From NCBI GenBank assembly GCA_029953675.1, contig JAMWBK010000001.1, positions 124,001 to 188,000 on the forward strand: DNA of 64,000 bases, read 5' to 3'. This DNA is from Rhodosorus marinus CCMP1338. Its lineage: Eukaryota > Plantae > Rhodophyta. The translations under genes and the position numbers were made by a program. This document shows, piece by piece, positions 35,877-49,338 of this stretch. Each line of letters opens with the position of its first letter. Positions within the stretch are counted from its first letter, which is position 1. Below the pieces are notes generated by a model, which was not told the DNA's origin, searched no databases, and worked only from the letters and a program-made list of their open reading frames with translations.

Positions 35877-37087
35877 CAAGCTTATTTGACGAAACAAGGC
35901 TCCACGCACATCCTATGTGGCGGCCACGGCGGAGCGGATCGATGGAGATGTCTGGCACAAGTTTCTGCTGGGTGGAGTACTGGGAAACAAAACCGTGACA
36001 CTCCGTGAAGATTTTTTGGTAGAACTTGGAACAAGTTAGCCGGCTGTGTGGATATTTCAAGTCCGGATCTAGTTTGGACAACGTGCCCCGAGAGAAGACG
36101 TAGCGGCCTCGAGTCGAGAAGCTGCTGTAGTAGTAGGTCGGCGGAAAACCACGCAGTAGGACGAAGTCACAATGGCTGCAGTCATTATGCTCGGGTTGGC
36201 GGTGTTGCTAGGACATCGCTGGCCGGTTTGTATCGCTAACAGCGTTGTATAAGTGGCACGACAAGAACAGAGACCGATAGCCGCTCACTGGGGGAAAGCT
36301 TAGGTAGGTTATACAGGGGTTGCCCATTGTTATAGCGTCAGGACTGTGTATATGACACAGGTGAATATTTTTCTATGAGGAAAAGAAAAGAAAAGAAAGC
36401 ATGCAGTAAATCTTGAATGATAAACAGTCTGTTGAACCTATCCGGCACTTTCAGTTGAGTTTCAGCTGGCGCTTTCCGCTCACCTTTGGCAGTAGTTGAC
36501 GAATCTAGCGCGGATCAAGGAGGGGATCTAGTAGAGAGTCGGAGGTTGCTGGGGACATATGAAGCTCCCCTAGTGCGTCCAAGAGTTCCGATCGCCGGTG
36601 GGATGCTTTTCATGCTTTTCATGACCTGGAGCGTTCTCCAGAGCGAAAATGCCAGGCAAGAAGTTCCATTAGATCATCGGAGCGTAGCTTGCGGTTAGGC
36701 CCTCACCAAACAACCAGGTAAGTGAAAGTCATTTCTGCCCCCGGTCGTCAACGCCGTCGCCCTCGGATACGGGACCTGAATCTGCCCGGGAGAGCGCCTC
36801 GGAAGGCTGAGCATGACATTTTGATAAGCAAGCCGGTGTCCTGAAGAGCCCTCTCTCGACGTCAACCTGATCGGTCTGTTGGACGGAAGGACGATTGGGG
36901 TTTGAAAAGAAAATAAAGGTACGAAAAATGCGATAAACACGTCGGGTGAATTTACCCGTTGATGTTTAGATGCCTTTCCTATCAACATCGTTGCTTCAAA
37001 ACCAAGAAAAGCTAACAAGATTGACAAGGGAGTCCTATGTACTACCAGCAACAATTGTCTGTTTGAACCACGACAAGACAGCCATTC

Positions 37088-37714
37088 CTATTTCCTGAAT
37101 ATGCCGAGACCAAGTCTTCCTTGATGGATATCGTGAGCTAGTTCAGGCGGGAGGGCGTCAATGATATTTTCAGGTTTGAGACCAGCACTCGACGTGGCTT
37201 CGAGAATATCTGGGATATTCTGCGCGAACGGGGGGCCTCCTTCCTTCTCTTGGAGAGGAAACATGAAGTAAATAAGCCGCCCTCGAGGTTTGAGAAGTTC
37301 GCTGATCCGGGGGGCCCACTGCGTCTGCAGTTCAGGGAGCAATGCACACTTGAAGATGAAATCAATGACCACGTCGTATTCTTCCGTAAGCACTTGTGGG
37401 TCGAAGAAGTCACCTTGAACGTACTTGATCCCAGTAATCCCGTTCTCCTCACTGTACTTCTGGGCCTCCTTGAGCGCCGTTGGGGAAATATCGATCCCGA
37501 CAATATCGTCAAACCCATTCTTCGCGAGGTAAACTGCCTCATACCCGCGTCCTACACCAGGCAACAACACTTTCATTGGTGGATTCAGAACGCCGGTTTC
37601 CACCAAATCCACCAGAGCGGGAGCAACACTCAACCTGTCAAACCGCTCCCCAGGTTTTAGGTTCTGCCAAACCTCTTCCCAACGCTCACCACTCCCTGAA
37701 AGGTCTGCCACCAT
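37088..37714 (-). CDS. SAM-dependent thiol/halide methyltransferase (TPMT / HOL-like family), 208 aa
   Basis: Motif I KVLLPGVGRGYE, VGIDISPTAL, GDFF, YDVVIDFIFKCALLPE..WAPRISELLKPRGRL, and GGPPF, matching the plant HOL/TPMT pattern. Confidence 0.85.
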   Translation of the reverse strand: MVADLSGSGERWEEVWQNLKPGERFDRLSVAPALVDLVETGVLNPPMKVLLPGVGRGYEAVYLAKNGFDDIVGIDISPTALKEAQKYSEENGITGIKYVQGDFFDPQVLTEEYDVVIDFIFKCALLPELQTQWAPRISELLKPRGRLIYFMFPLQEKEGGPPFAQNIPDILEATSSAGLKPENIIDALPPELAHDIHQGRLGLGIFRK

Positions 37715-39946
37715 ATTGGGCTAATCAACCTTCACTGAAAGCTCAATGATCCTCCCTTCTGTCCACCTTGACGCGCCAGATGCCCAAACCGCTCAACCAG
37801 GAAACCGTTTACGTCCCTATTTCGAGATATTGAAAGTATGCTCTTGAGCTCTTTTATCCTACCAGCTCAGTCCAACGAACAGCCATTCGGCTTCGGGCCT
37901 TTTGTTTTCTCTCGAGGTTTCCAGTAACCGCTTTCCACCGTGCACATTTGATCAACTTTGTGAGGCTCGGGAAGGATTAGACGTTCAAGTTGTACAGACA
38001 CTAAGCTATCAAGTGGCCAAGTCCGCCAAATACTAGACCTACGGAAGTTCAAGTTCCCGAGGTGCTGTAGGGTACGGGCTGAGCAAGCTGAACAAGGGGT
38101 GTAAAAGGACAATTAACTTGTTGCTAACTACCTGCGAAGATTCCATCGACGTTCAATCACTGCCAGAATTGGGTGTTCATCTTGTTGGTCTACTTGAGGA
38201 TTCATTCAATCCCCCCTCAGCTCTGTTTGTAAAAAGCACGAAAACTTCACAACGCAGGCAAAGTCCCGAGCAGCAGAACACCTTTTAAGAGCGCTTTGCT
38301 CCTAGAGACTTTGCCACGCGTGTATAGCTATATACAGCTGTAGATCAACGTCAAGAGATTGTGGGCTATGTGTACCGCGAAACCCTCAAGCAGAGCATTG
38401 AGCCCTGTAAGGCAGGGGGGCAGTCTTTGAGAGAGAATAGTCGCTGTCCATGTTCGACGCTGGGCGTTCGAACCGGATCCAGCCTGAGCGTTGGAGTCCA
38501 TGCGGTGATAGCGAAAACTCAAAACTATTGGGAAGAAACATCAAGCGGAATCAATCAACGAAAGGGATTGGTGTGTACACAACCAGCAGTCTAACATTCT
38601 GTCAGAGCAGAGGCTTGAATCCTCTCAATTCATCATGTCTATATCGTGTCCGCAGTGGCTCCATCCCACAGCTCAATCCACGAGCGGTGTCCCATCCACA
38701 AGTTGCGCACCAACTTGCCCACTCAGAAATTGTCACTACTCTAACTTGTAAGCCCAACAGCTGTCCTATATGAAAATCAGACAGCTGTCTCAATATCATT
38801 GGATGCAATTTGGCCTGTGTCGTCAGACCATTTTTTCCGGTCGACAGCTGTTGAAGATGAAGTCAGTGGATATGATTGGCCCATATTTTTAAATTATGAA
38901 ATGCCGTTTTGGAGTTCAAGTTGGTGACTGATTCGTTTGATGAGTTTTTTTAAGGGCCTCGACCTGCTTAATTTGTCTGATGGTTCCATATTATAAGATG
39001 CGCTTTCGGCGAAAATGGTAGCGCGGAATCTGATTCCTCGTCCATTGATACTTTCCTTTCCCCAGAAAAGATTTTTTTATGGAATAATTTTAGGAACATC
39101 GTCGAAACTCAATTTATTTGGGATCCTCGGATGGACTGACCTACTCTTGTGGGTTGATGGCATAGACGAAGACAATGTGGGATTGGGCACGGACGAGACT
39201 GGGGTGCGGACAAAAGGAGAACTGTCCAAACATCTAGAGATAAATCTCAATAAGCAGCTCATAAACGGCTTCACCATCCAGACATATCACGGCACGAGTT
39301 GTAGCGCAGCGAGCCCCGCAGCCGACAGCTGCTATGTGTCTAGCTTTCGTAGACGGACTGGACAAAAACTTGGCCTTGCTTTGCAGCTTCTGCCGATGAA
39401 CTCCCGGAAGAAATACTAAAGCGCTATATACCCGGGTGAAGCTGTAGCGAACACCGTGTACGCGCTGGTTCTACTCCACCTCTCACCTCATAGTCAACGT
39501 TTCCAAATCAATACCTAATGTGGTGAACCCGACCCATCCAGCCTTTTGACCATGAGTTACACTGATTAACAAGCGAGCAATCTGCGTACTTTCGTGTGTG
39601 TGCGTTTCGTGTGTGCCGTTTCGTGTGTAGTACTTTACGCGTCCGGGAAAGCGAGTAGTAACTTTCCAGGTAAAAAGTCATCCCTTTGCGCTCAAGAATA
39701 GCGGACAGTGGAGGACAGAGGAGAGTGCGCCAATTTCAGCGTTCAAGAGTAATATTTGATTACAGCCCACTAGGGAACAATGGGAGCCACCGCATTGAAC
39801 AGCGATCGCAACAATTGGTAGTGCATAAAAATAAATTTCCCAGTACATAATAGATAAGATACAAAAACCCCTCGAATGGCGGCTAGAGTACAAGAGGTAC
39901 AAAACGACGCTTCCTCCACGAATGACAAGAGCTTTGCCGCGAGGCT

Positions 39947-42161
39947 CTATCTTAGAAGAACTGCGCTCCGTGGAAGATCCTCCATTTTGAGTCTCAAAGT
40001 CTTCCTTGCCGCAGCTGCTGCAGAGGAGTCAGATCCTGTTTCTGCGGCACATGTGCCAGTGCATTTTCCATCTCGAGGCTTTCCATTCGAGGTGGATACC
40101 TGACATGTGGGACACGGAATTCATCCTCAGCAACACAGAGAGTGAACAAAGAAGACGCAATCGCCACGATTCGGAGCAGAAGAGGACTGCGACGACATAC
40201 CTTAGCAACTTTGCTGCTGAGGTTGAACATCAGCCTATCCCTGGAGCTGTCGAGGAAAACAGGTCCCCTGGGCGCAGGCCGCATTTCAAACCGCTTCACA
40301 TCAGTCAGGTCAGGAAGCATACTGCTGGTGCCCCGGGGAGCCCCAATAGCGACTCTGTAGGCCTCAAAGTGTTGGAGGCCTTGGTGTGTATGCCTGTAAG
40401 TGACAAAACGAGTTATCCAGTAAGGCGAAAGCACACAGTTTCTCCATAGTGGACCGGGAATGATGAAGCATACCAGATTGCTCTTGCCGTGATATCATCG
40501 AGCATCTTAGGCATCTGCCTATCTTGCTGTTCCCTTTGCGGTTCCGCGACTAGTAGAAACCTCTCTGTGGCTGCTTCCCACGATAGGTCCCTCAGCTCCT
40601 GCGGAAGGAGAGGAGCAGGTTCTTCTGCAAGTGCCTTCGTTAAGCAGTTGGAAAATTCCGCTGCATTTCTGTAGACTAGGCAATTCCGGAACTGACGGAA
40701 AAAAGCGTTGGACGGATGATCTGCGCATATGACAAACTTTCCCATAGCAAGCGCCTCTGCGGTAGTAGTGGCAACCACATCGCTCATGCTAGGATTAATA
40801 AAAACCTTGTAGCGATGGAAATCGACGTCCCCGTGGTCTTTGGCACCACGGAAATGCAGGCGTAAATGTCGTCGTTCCGCTTCATTCTCCACTTCCTGCA
40901 GATCTGGGCCTCCGCCAAATACATCAACGTCCACGTTCCGTCCACAGGACTGCATCAGGTTGAGCAGCTCACTGTAGCCTTTACCCCACAACACTTTCCC
41001 AAGAAAATAGCAACCCTTGTCGAAGCCTGGGAACGAATCGTCGTCCAGTGGGCTCGACTGCGCCGGCAAGTTCTCTCGGCTGGTTTCAGATGAGGTCATA
41101 CAACTTACAAATGTTGCTTTGACGGATTCCAGTTCACTAAACCTGAGACGGAACGAAAATATGGACCACTTTGAGCTCTTCTTCCCAAGCCTAAAGGAGA
41201 AAATTTTCGAAGTCATTTACCTCTCGGACACCATTCGACCGACTTCTAGAAACTTTGGAGACACGCCATGAACGAAACAGGTGATGTTTTCGCTGTTCTT
41301 GAACTCTTGCACTGCGTCACTGAGCTTAACCACCGTGTGCACACCCGCAGCTCTAACAACCCAATCATTAAATACTTTGAGCATGTTGGACTTGAACTGA
41401 CCCTCTTCCCGTCGGACGTATTCAAGGTAGTTTGTATGGACTATGCCCACCACGTGGTTGAACTTGTCACACCACCTCCGCCCCACATGATACCAGTTGA
41501 GGTGTTCAGGCTCTTCGAGAACCGCTACCTGCGCTTCCCCGTCTGGAACGTATTCTGTAATGTCCCCGAACGCAAAGATGCTTCCTTTCTCACGCTCATA
41601 GTAGCCGGGGTAGAAACGAAGCTTGAAATCCGACTCGAACCCGACGCGATTCTTCAACCACTTTCGCACGTATGCTTCCTGTTCTTTTGGCGACTCAAAA
41701 ACTTTTCCATCTGGATGGACTTCCATCTGGTCACTGGGAGATAACCAAGGTACCAAGAGGGTCACCTGCTTCTTCAATCGCGACAGGTACGCCGCCCGCA
41801 GAAGCGGATTTACGGCGGTCCCGGTCATCCACGGCAAGGATGCAGTCGTTACTATAGCAAGCTTTACGTCTTCGTCCTGGAGCGAGAGCCCAGAATCTGC
41901 CATCAGAGGTCCAGTCCCAACGTCAATGTCCACGAAAGACTCCGGTGGAGAGATCTCACTAAGGTGCATTCTTTGACGCTGCTCCTTCATCCACATCATC
42001 ACCGGTTCAACTCCGTTCTTGCTCCAAAAGGTCTCGAATGCCTTACCCGGATTCTCTGCTTCCTGAACTCCCCGCACAATTCCCACCACCATCTTGTGAA
42101 GAGCCTCAAAAAGCTTCACACCAGGCGGTTCCATCCTATACACGGCATCCTGCACTTCCAT
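39947..42161 (-). CDS. DGD1: Digalactosyldiacylglycerol synthase (plant-type, GT4), multi-exon
   Basis: [147 protein letters not shown]. Intron 40473-40394 joins to [19 protein letters not shown]. The start and last exon are uncertain. Confidence 0.88.
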
Positions 42162-44869
42162 ATTTCCACCAAACCGCACAAACCAAAACAACCGACCCCC
42201 CCCCCCCAAAAAAAGAACTAATTCCCTCCCTCGCTCTTCCGTTTCAAGAAAACTACCGCATTTTCTTCACACACTCCTTCCATTCACCCTCTTGTCAGTC
42301 ACCCAACAACTCGCAATTTCAAAGGTAAGCCGTAGAACCATAGCTCCACCCGTCTTTCCTCCCGCAGACCTTCCCTCACGGTCCCACCTCCTCAAAACTC
42401 ATCAACCCCCGTATTCCCTCATCCCTCATCCCCCATAGCAACCCGAACCCATATCCAACCCACAACCCAACCCGCAACCCAACCCTCATCCCAGCTCATA
42501 AGCCAACCACTATCAAACCCAAAGTCCCCCCCCACACCCCACACACCATTTTCCAAATTATCAAACGACGCCTTTCTCCCACACGTATTTACCAGGGAAC
42601 ATGATACCCCCGAAAAATAATATCTAAAAACAAGGGTCATAGATCAAAGGACGGATTGATTAAAAAACAACAAAAAAGGCAGATAATTTGAAAAAACTCG
42701 GATTAAAAGAAATGAAACCCGCAGCAGAGGCCCTCAATAAATATTCTACAATCATATCTCGTCCCTCTTTACGGTGTGTAGAGTTTTACATTATTCGTAA
42801 CCCCACCCCCTCTCCGATTTAGGTTACTACTAACGATGTTGACTGAACATTGATTCGGGGACAAATTAAAGACCGAACTTGGGGTTTTTAGGGAAAGAGG
42901 ATCAGCAAATGAAAATCGATTCTAGTTACGGTCTTTCCCCAGTCATGGAGGTGGGAGGAGAGAAGCTGGCCGCGTCAAGCCAAAGCAGCACGGGAGTTGA
43001 GTGCTGCTTCTGAAAGCCTTTCACGTCTCCGTTGACTCTCAAGAAGCGTCCAGAACAACGATTTGTTTGATATCTCAGTCACCCAAAGCCCGTAGCCGAA
43101 AGCATTTCGTCACCGAACCAAGTCCTTGTAGCAGTTTCAGAGCAGTCCGCAATTTGTCCCTGTTCGTGTGCCTTCCACGATTCTAAGACCGGATACTGAT
43201 TGAATAAATATCAGTCGTTGTTTGTTTGATACATGAAAAATTGGAAATCTTTCCCTTGCCTGCACGGGGCATGTGGGGAAGATTTCCAAGGCAGACCGTT
43301 CGAATTTTCAAGGGGAAAAAAACTTCTGCTTATCGCTTTTAACTTTCATAAGGGGGGGGTATTTTGATATAGATTCATGACGATCATGCGTCCGTTGAAA
43401 ACTATCCACACCCAGCAACAGCTTGCGAAGCTGGAAAACAAATGCATTTGGCCAAGTAAAAACCTTGAGAATGTAACAGGCCTAACTCACAGTCAAATAG
43501 TCTATACGCCAATGCACAAAACTCGCAAAAGGGTCATCATATACACCGGTGCGTTCCGAGAAAAAGAAAACCCCCCTTTGTTTTCTTTATTTTTTCAAAG
43601 CTCAGGAAGGGAAAACAACCCGACACTCGTCGTTTAATCGTAGCTGATACGAAACAAACTAGGAATGGGCAATCTCGACTTCGTTATCTCAACGTGTTCT
43701 TTCTAGACTGCGAATAAGCAAACAGCAAGAATTCGACAACGGCTTTTCCACTCAAAAAAATTCCAGAAACAGACTATTCTTGAAATTGACTTATATCAAT
43801 CATTACAAAGCGCACAGAAGTAATCTCCTTGAAAATTCGTGTCAAGGGAATGCATGGGGATTTCTTCCATTGGATGCTTTGCATTGGCATGTCCTCCTAC
43901 TAGAGTACACGAATCCAGGCCCAAGATCATCTTCATGAAAGGCAAGCTCCATTATTTTGATAATAAAAATAGGGTCCGTTTGGATACCCTTAAAATATTT
44001 CATCATTACTGATATTTGCCGGAACTTTTTGTCCAATGATGGATTGGGAGGATGCTCAAAGTACCGAACACATGGAGAAGCCCCGCCTGTCAACTGTCCG
44101 AAGAGGCAGAAATCGACGGTCCCTTCATAAAAGTTTCAAAAAATGACGTATCTTTCGCAGCCTTACTTAAGGAGCGATAGATTGGATATAATGCATTAAA
44201 CATCATAATTCAGATCTCCCTATAGGATATGGTCTAAATTTAGAAAATTAGATCGAAATCCGCATATGAAATAGGAACTAAGTGCATCTTGCCGTGGTAC
44301 TTGGGGTTTTTGTTTTCAGGTTAAATTTTCGAGGAAATCCTGGTCAAGGTTACCCCTCTGGGGGTCCACGAACGGGCGAAATCTATCCGGGAATGGTATT
44401 CGCTTTGGAGAATGGATCTCATTTTAGGGCCTTTATTTTGGGCCATTTGGGAAGCTCTTCCGAATCTCTTGAAGAACAGATTCCGCTCATGAATTCAGAG
44501 TCTGGTCTACCATCGAAGGGCAGTGCTCTTAGGCCAGAAGGAGGTTGTGGGGGTGGTGATGGAGGGGATGCAAGGAGTGCAGGCAGGCGTTCAGGTGTGA
44601 CGACAGATCAATAAGCAGCTCAGTCATGAGAGGCGCGAAATCCATTGCAGCCCTCCAATACAAGATCAGCTGTGTTGTTCGGGGTTACACTCCGGTTGAT
44701 CTAAGGATAAACAGATGCAGTTGAGGCTAAGCTACCTCAATCTCGAGCTATGAGCAACTAAAGAGGTCGCAGAGGTTTACTCTATACGGGCTCTACGTAA
44801 CGTGGACTCTGCTCAGGACACCCTTAGGTATCCGAAAATCGTGCATGACTAATTACTCGCTCATGAGCA

Positions 44870-46330
44870 TTGTCCCAAGAACGTCGGATACTTTTTGAAT
44901 AAGCCCCTAAGGGAGATGGTCATCCAAAGTCCACAAATGCTGAGCTTGCTTGTCGAAACCTTCAATCGAGATTTCGCGTGAAAATCTCGGTGTCCATGAA
45001 GCTATTATATATATAAGCTCGAAGTACTTGGTTGTCTTATCGTCACCGTTTCTTCGTGCCCTTTTGCACGGAGACGTTCGGAAGGATGGGGAAGCAAGCT
45101 AACCAGCAAACACAAGTAGGCGAAGCACGAGCGACGCTCAACCGGTCCCTGTGGAAAGGGAATGCACTACGCGCCACCCAGGCTCGAAGGGAACCATGGG
45201 ATCGTCCTTGTAGAACGTAGCCTCGCAACCCATCAGAGTTTGTTTTAACGCATAGATAGATTCCATGTTCCCACTTGACGGGCTCCACTAGGGAGTTCTT
45301 TAGTAAGGCTTTCATGTTTACAGAGCAGATAGCATAGTCTGCGGAGCGTTAGACTGGGGTAACCCTGGTAGTGGGGTTACCCCCTGACCTTTTGCCTTAA
45401 GTCGTGATAGAAGCAGTGTTGTCGGCAGCAGGCAGCTGATGGTGAAGGTTAAGGTTACTATGTCTCTTAGTGGAGCGTGTGCTGGTTGTGTTGTGATATT
45501 GCCGTGGAGGGCGACAATAGTCAGATCCGGGAGCTAGCTTTGCAATGGTTCCAGAAAGGTGCTAGGGAGAGTGCATGTAATAATACCTGTCCGAGCGGAT
45601 CGCCTTGCTGCACTCCCGGTGTCGCCTGTAGTGTCAGTCAAGCGGGGTGAGTTTGGGCGAGTCCGTGTGCACAGCGCCAGACAGTAAACGTCGGGCAGCC
45701 CGTGCTGTCGCACCCGTAGCCAAGCCTGGACACGATTTCCAGCTCAGTGATGGTCCACTAGGTGCTTCGCAATTCGGCGATCAATTCGACTGAACTAGTC
45801 CCGAAGGTCGAGCCATCCATAGTCGGGTTCGCAGGAAATATGTGCCTGTATCGCATGGAGTAGGCGTTCGCAAATGCCGCTGACTCCGATACCTCCTTGT
45901 CCGGCGTATGGGGAGGAGCAAGTCATGGATGCGGTCTCTAACTGATCCGTAAGGACCCATTGTATCGCCACCTTCCATGCGACTTCGGGGCCGCCGATCT
46001 GGTCTCGCGCGACTGGCGTGGTTGTAGTACTAGGCATCGCGAACGATAATAGTCTACTGCTGCGTAATGCGCGGTTCAGAGGGGGAGCAAACTTCGCTGG
46101 GGCGGTCGCTAATTGCCGGAGGACGCATGTCAAGACCACCAGTACGTCCTAATTGGCGCCCTGTATATGCTCTGCGCGGAGTCCGCTGAGGCCGGGGGTA
46201 GAGTATTGGAGAAGCTGGCCCGGGGTTGCGGACTCGAGGGGACCGGGCACTGCATGAGACGAGTCCACAGCCGACCCCGGTCCATAATGACGGCTACACA
46301 GTGGGTCCAGAGCTGTATCCCAACGATGAT
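44870..46330 (-). mobile_element. Degenerate non-LTR retrotransposon reverse transcriptase, CRE-like
   Basis: Motifs in correct order across frameshifts: STPGLSGLRAEH (~46159-46203), SSRLLSFAMP..PVA, GIGVSGICERLLHAIQAH (~45841-45894), LDLRD*FSRIDR (~45774-45810), GVQQGDPLG (45590-45616), a decayed YxDD (IVALHGNI) and TISLRGL (~44900). Confidence 0.75.
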
Positions 46331-47307
46331 GATGAGTCGACGAAGGGTAACTTAAAGAGGAAGGGATGGGCCTGAAAAGAGTCATCTTTAACAGTCTTGT
46401 ACTGCATGCAAGACGAGCAAGGCTGGAATTGAGGTTGCTCAAAAATGGCCAGCTGAGGGCTCAGTATTGGGCATACAAACCAACCATTGAAAGAAGAGAA
46501 AAGCGAGACATGTGGAGCGTGTTTCTCGCCCATCCTTCTCATCAGACACAGGGCCCATCATACACTCCTTGTGAAGACCAGTTGCAAGTGGAGGGCGTTT
46601 AACAGCCCTTGAAGCTCATGAGGCGGTGACAATGGTTGAATGTGTGTTCGCCTCGATTGACTGTTTGCCCAGGCGGTCAGATTTTCAGGTCTAAGACAGT
46701 GTCACAATGCTGTACATGTAGCTCAGAAATCTATCCTTCGGACAACATCGGACGGTTAATCCCTCGGCAGGCCAATCCCGCTCTCCGTTTTACGACAGCC
46801 CGTTTTCGCTTTGGGCTTACGCTTTCGCTCACTGTCGCCAATGTGACCCCCACGTCCACTCCTAGTTAACGACGTCGAGGTCGATTTATTCTGGATGATT
46901 CACGAACACCATCGCTGGATAGCTTAATGACTGGATCTAGGCTTTCCCGACTAATGAGGCGAGAAAGGATGGGGACATCGGCGACAATCGGGCTGGGAGA
47001 GATTTCTTGAGAGTTGAGATACACAGATACTCGACGATTTTCTCGCCAGAAAATGGACGAGGTGAGGGAAACAACAGAGGAAGAACTTTTCCGCTGAGAG
47101 TGTAGCCGCCTCTGGCAAGAGCTGTAACAGGCGATATGTACTCTGGGGATGGGGCTGACTGGACATAGTCCACAATGTGTTCGTTGGGCATGGTGGGTTT
47201 TGCTTCTTAAGTTTTGCCTGAGTGGGTGGTGGTTGCAGAAATACGGAGCTTAGAATTGCCTTCACAAAGTTTTTGTTGGCTCGAAATCTGAAGGCGCGAC
47301 GGGTGCC

Positions 47308-49157
47308 ATGACCTCACATACAAACGCCACGAGTGGAGGTACCGGGAGGAGCATAGTAAAGATTTTGGGCGGTGGTAGGGAGGTCGGACGCAGCTGTGTC
47401 TTCCTTCGCGTCCAGGATAAAAGCATTCTTCTAGATTGTGGTCTGCACCCTGGCAAGCGAAACCTTGCCCGCCTGCCTCAGCTCGACTTTTTGCGAGAGA
47501 ACCCGCCTGACGCAGTCGTGATCACTCACTATCACATAGACCATATCGGTGGTCTTCCATATTTATCAACAGCAACCGGGTTTGACGGACCCGTTTACAT
47601 GACAAAGCCAACGAAAGATCTCGGCTTGCTCGTCATTTCCGATTTTCTTCGGCTGAATGGGTCAGAGGTGCCATTTTCAGAGGAAGATATGACCAGGTGC
47701 CTCAATGCAGCAACGATCGTGGAGACGGAACGAACCATCCAAGTCTCAGCTGGTCTAGATCTCCGTTTTCTCTACGCGGGACATGCACTGGGCGCCGTGA
47801 TGGTGCAGGTTATTGCACACGGGTATGTTGTCTTATACACGGGAGACATAACAACATTTCCAGAGCGGTTGATCGACACACTGTGCGTATCTGGGGCTGC
47901 TCCGCAGCCTGACTTGCTCATCATGGAGTCAACCTACGCTGGTAGCATACGAGAATATTCTAGGAGGACAAACGAGCGGCTACTGCTGAAGGAGGTCTCA
48001 AATACGCTGGAGGCAGGTGGGAAGGTCCTCATACCCGCCTTTGCAGTAGGGCGTACATTGGAGATCGTTGCTATCCTCATTTCCTACAGCCGTCGCTGTA
48101 ACCTGAGCTTCCCAATCCACGTATCTTCTCCGCTCGCCCGTGCCGCGATGAAGGCCATGCTCGAACAGGACTCATCCTGGTTTGCCGATGGTGTCCGGGA
48201 ACACGTGCTCCATGACCTTGTAGAACTGCAAGAACGCATTCCTCTTTCCCAGCGATCGCGAGTGGATGATAACGAATACCAGATGGTCCTGATCGCGGCC
48301 CCGGCCATGCTCAATGCGGGTATGTCCACTGCACCTGAAAGCGCAAGCGCAACTCTTCACTTTCCAAAGTCCTTTGAATGAGAAGCCCAAGGGCGCGAGC
48401 TGCTGAAATTTTTTTTGGTTTTGTCTTAGGCTTCTCTCGTGAAGTGTTCCAGAAATGGCGTTCGGACGAACGAAATTTGGTGGCGTTGCCTGGGTTTGGG
48501 TATTCGGATGGTAGCAAAGGAACGGAATCTGGGTACAGGTGTCAAATTCGCAACTATTCACTGAGTGCACATGCTGATGCGATGGGACTATTCCAACTTG
48601 TGAGGAAACTACGCCCGAAGAAAGTGGTTCTTGTTCACGGAGAAGACAGACCCATAGAGAGCCTTGAGAAGCTGCTGAAGTCTGACCTTGGGATTGGGGT
48701 CAAGTCGCCGCGCACCGGTGAAAAGGTATCTTTGTCTCGTTTCGAGAATCATGTGCGCTGCCCACATAGTCTGTGGGAGTTGAACCACAACCGCAAAGAG
48801 TCGAGTGAGCTGGCCGAAAGGGCGCTGCTGGCGTTCCAGAAGGGAAATGGATGTCTACGCCGACAAGGGGAGTTTTGGCGGTGTGAAACGAAGTTTCGGT
48901 CCTGGGAGTTTGCCAGGAAGGCCATCATTTCGGGTCTTCTTCGAATAAAGAAATCAGGGCACATGTTTGGGATCAACGAGAGTGCCATAACGGAAGCTGT
49001 CGCAAAATTCGAAGAGGACAGTTCAAGGTCGGGCAGCATTCGATCAGTGATTTTCAAGGGTGTTGGGGACGGTCGCCGAGTTGTGTTCCTCTGTTCGCAG
49101 ACAGATGTTTCTCTGGCGCGTTCTCTCATCAACGAAATAGTGTCAGTGGACAGATGA
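47308..49157 (+). CDS. INTS11: Integrator complex subunit 11 / CPSF73-II-like beta-CASP metallo-beta-lactamase nuclease, 2 exons
   Basis: GGGREVGRSC, LLDCGLHPG, THYHIDHIGGLPY, YAGHALGA, YTGD, ESTY, GGKVLIPAFAVGR; phase-1 intron 48320-48429 (GTATGT..TTAG); SLSAHADAMGLFQL..KVVLVHGE resembles INTS11 (SAHADAKG) rather than CPSF73 (SAHTD). Confidence 0.8.
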
Positions 49158-49338
49158 AAATGTATGTAGGATTGAGGTTTGTTGAGAATTATGTCGAAGT
49201 GCAGCAAGCGCACCGTAATATCATGTTTGTTTTCCAAGTCACCATCTGTGCGCGGGGGTCATTTATTTCAAGTCGAAGTTGCTTATGTGCATAATAAAAG
49301 TTACGAAAGTAGTGCCTGTACAATCTGTTTTGGGCCTT

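Noticed and set aside
36376-37054. Possible small spliced genes on either strand
   Set aside because: Two mutually overlapping models are equally constructible and neither has domain support.
42435-42560. AACCC-rich tract resembling telomeric repeats
   Set aside because: Irregular and not tandem; similar C-rich tracts occur upstream of other genes here.
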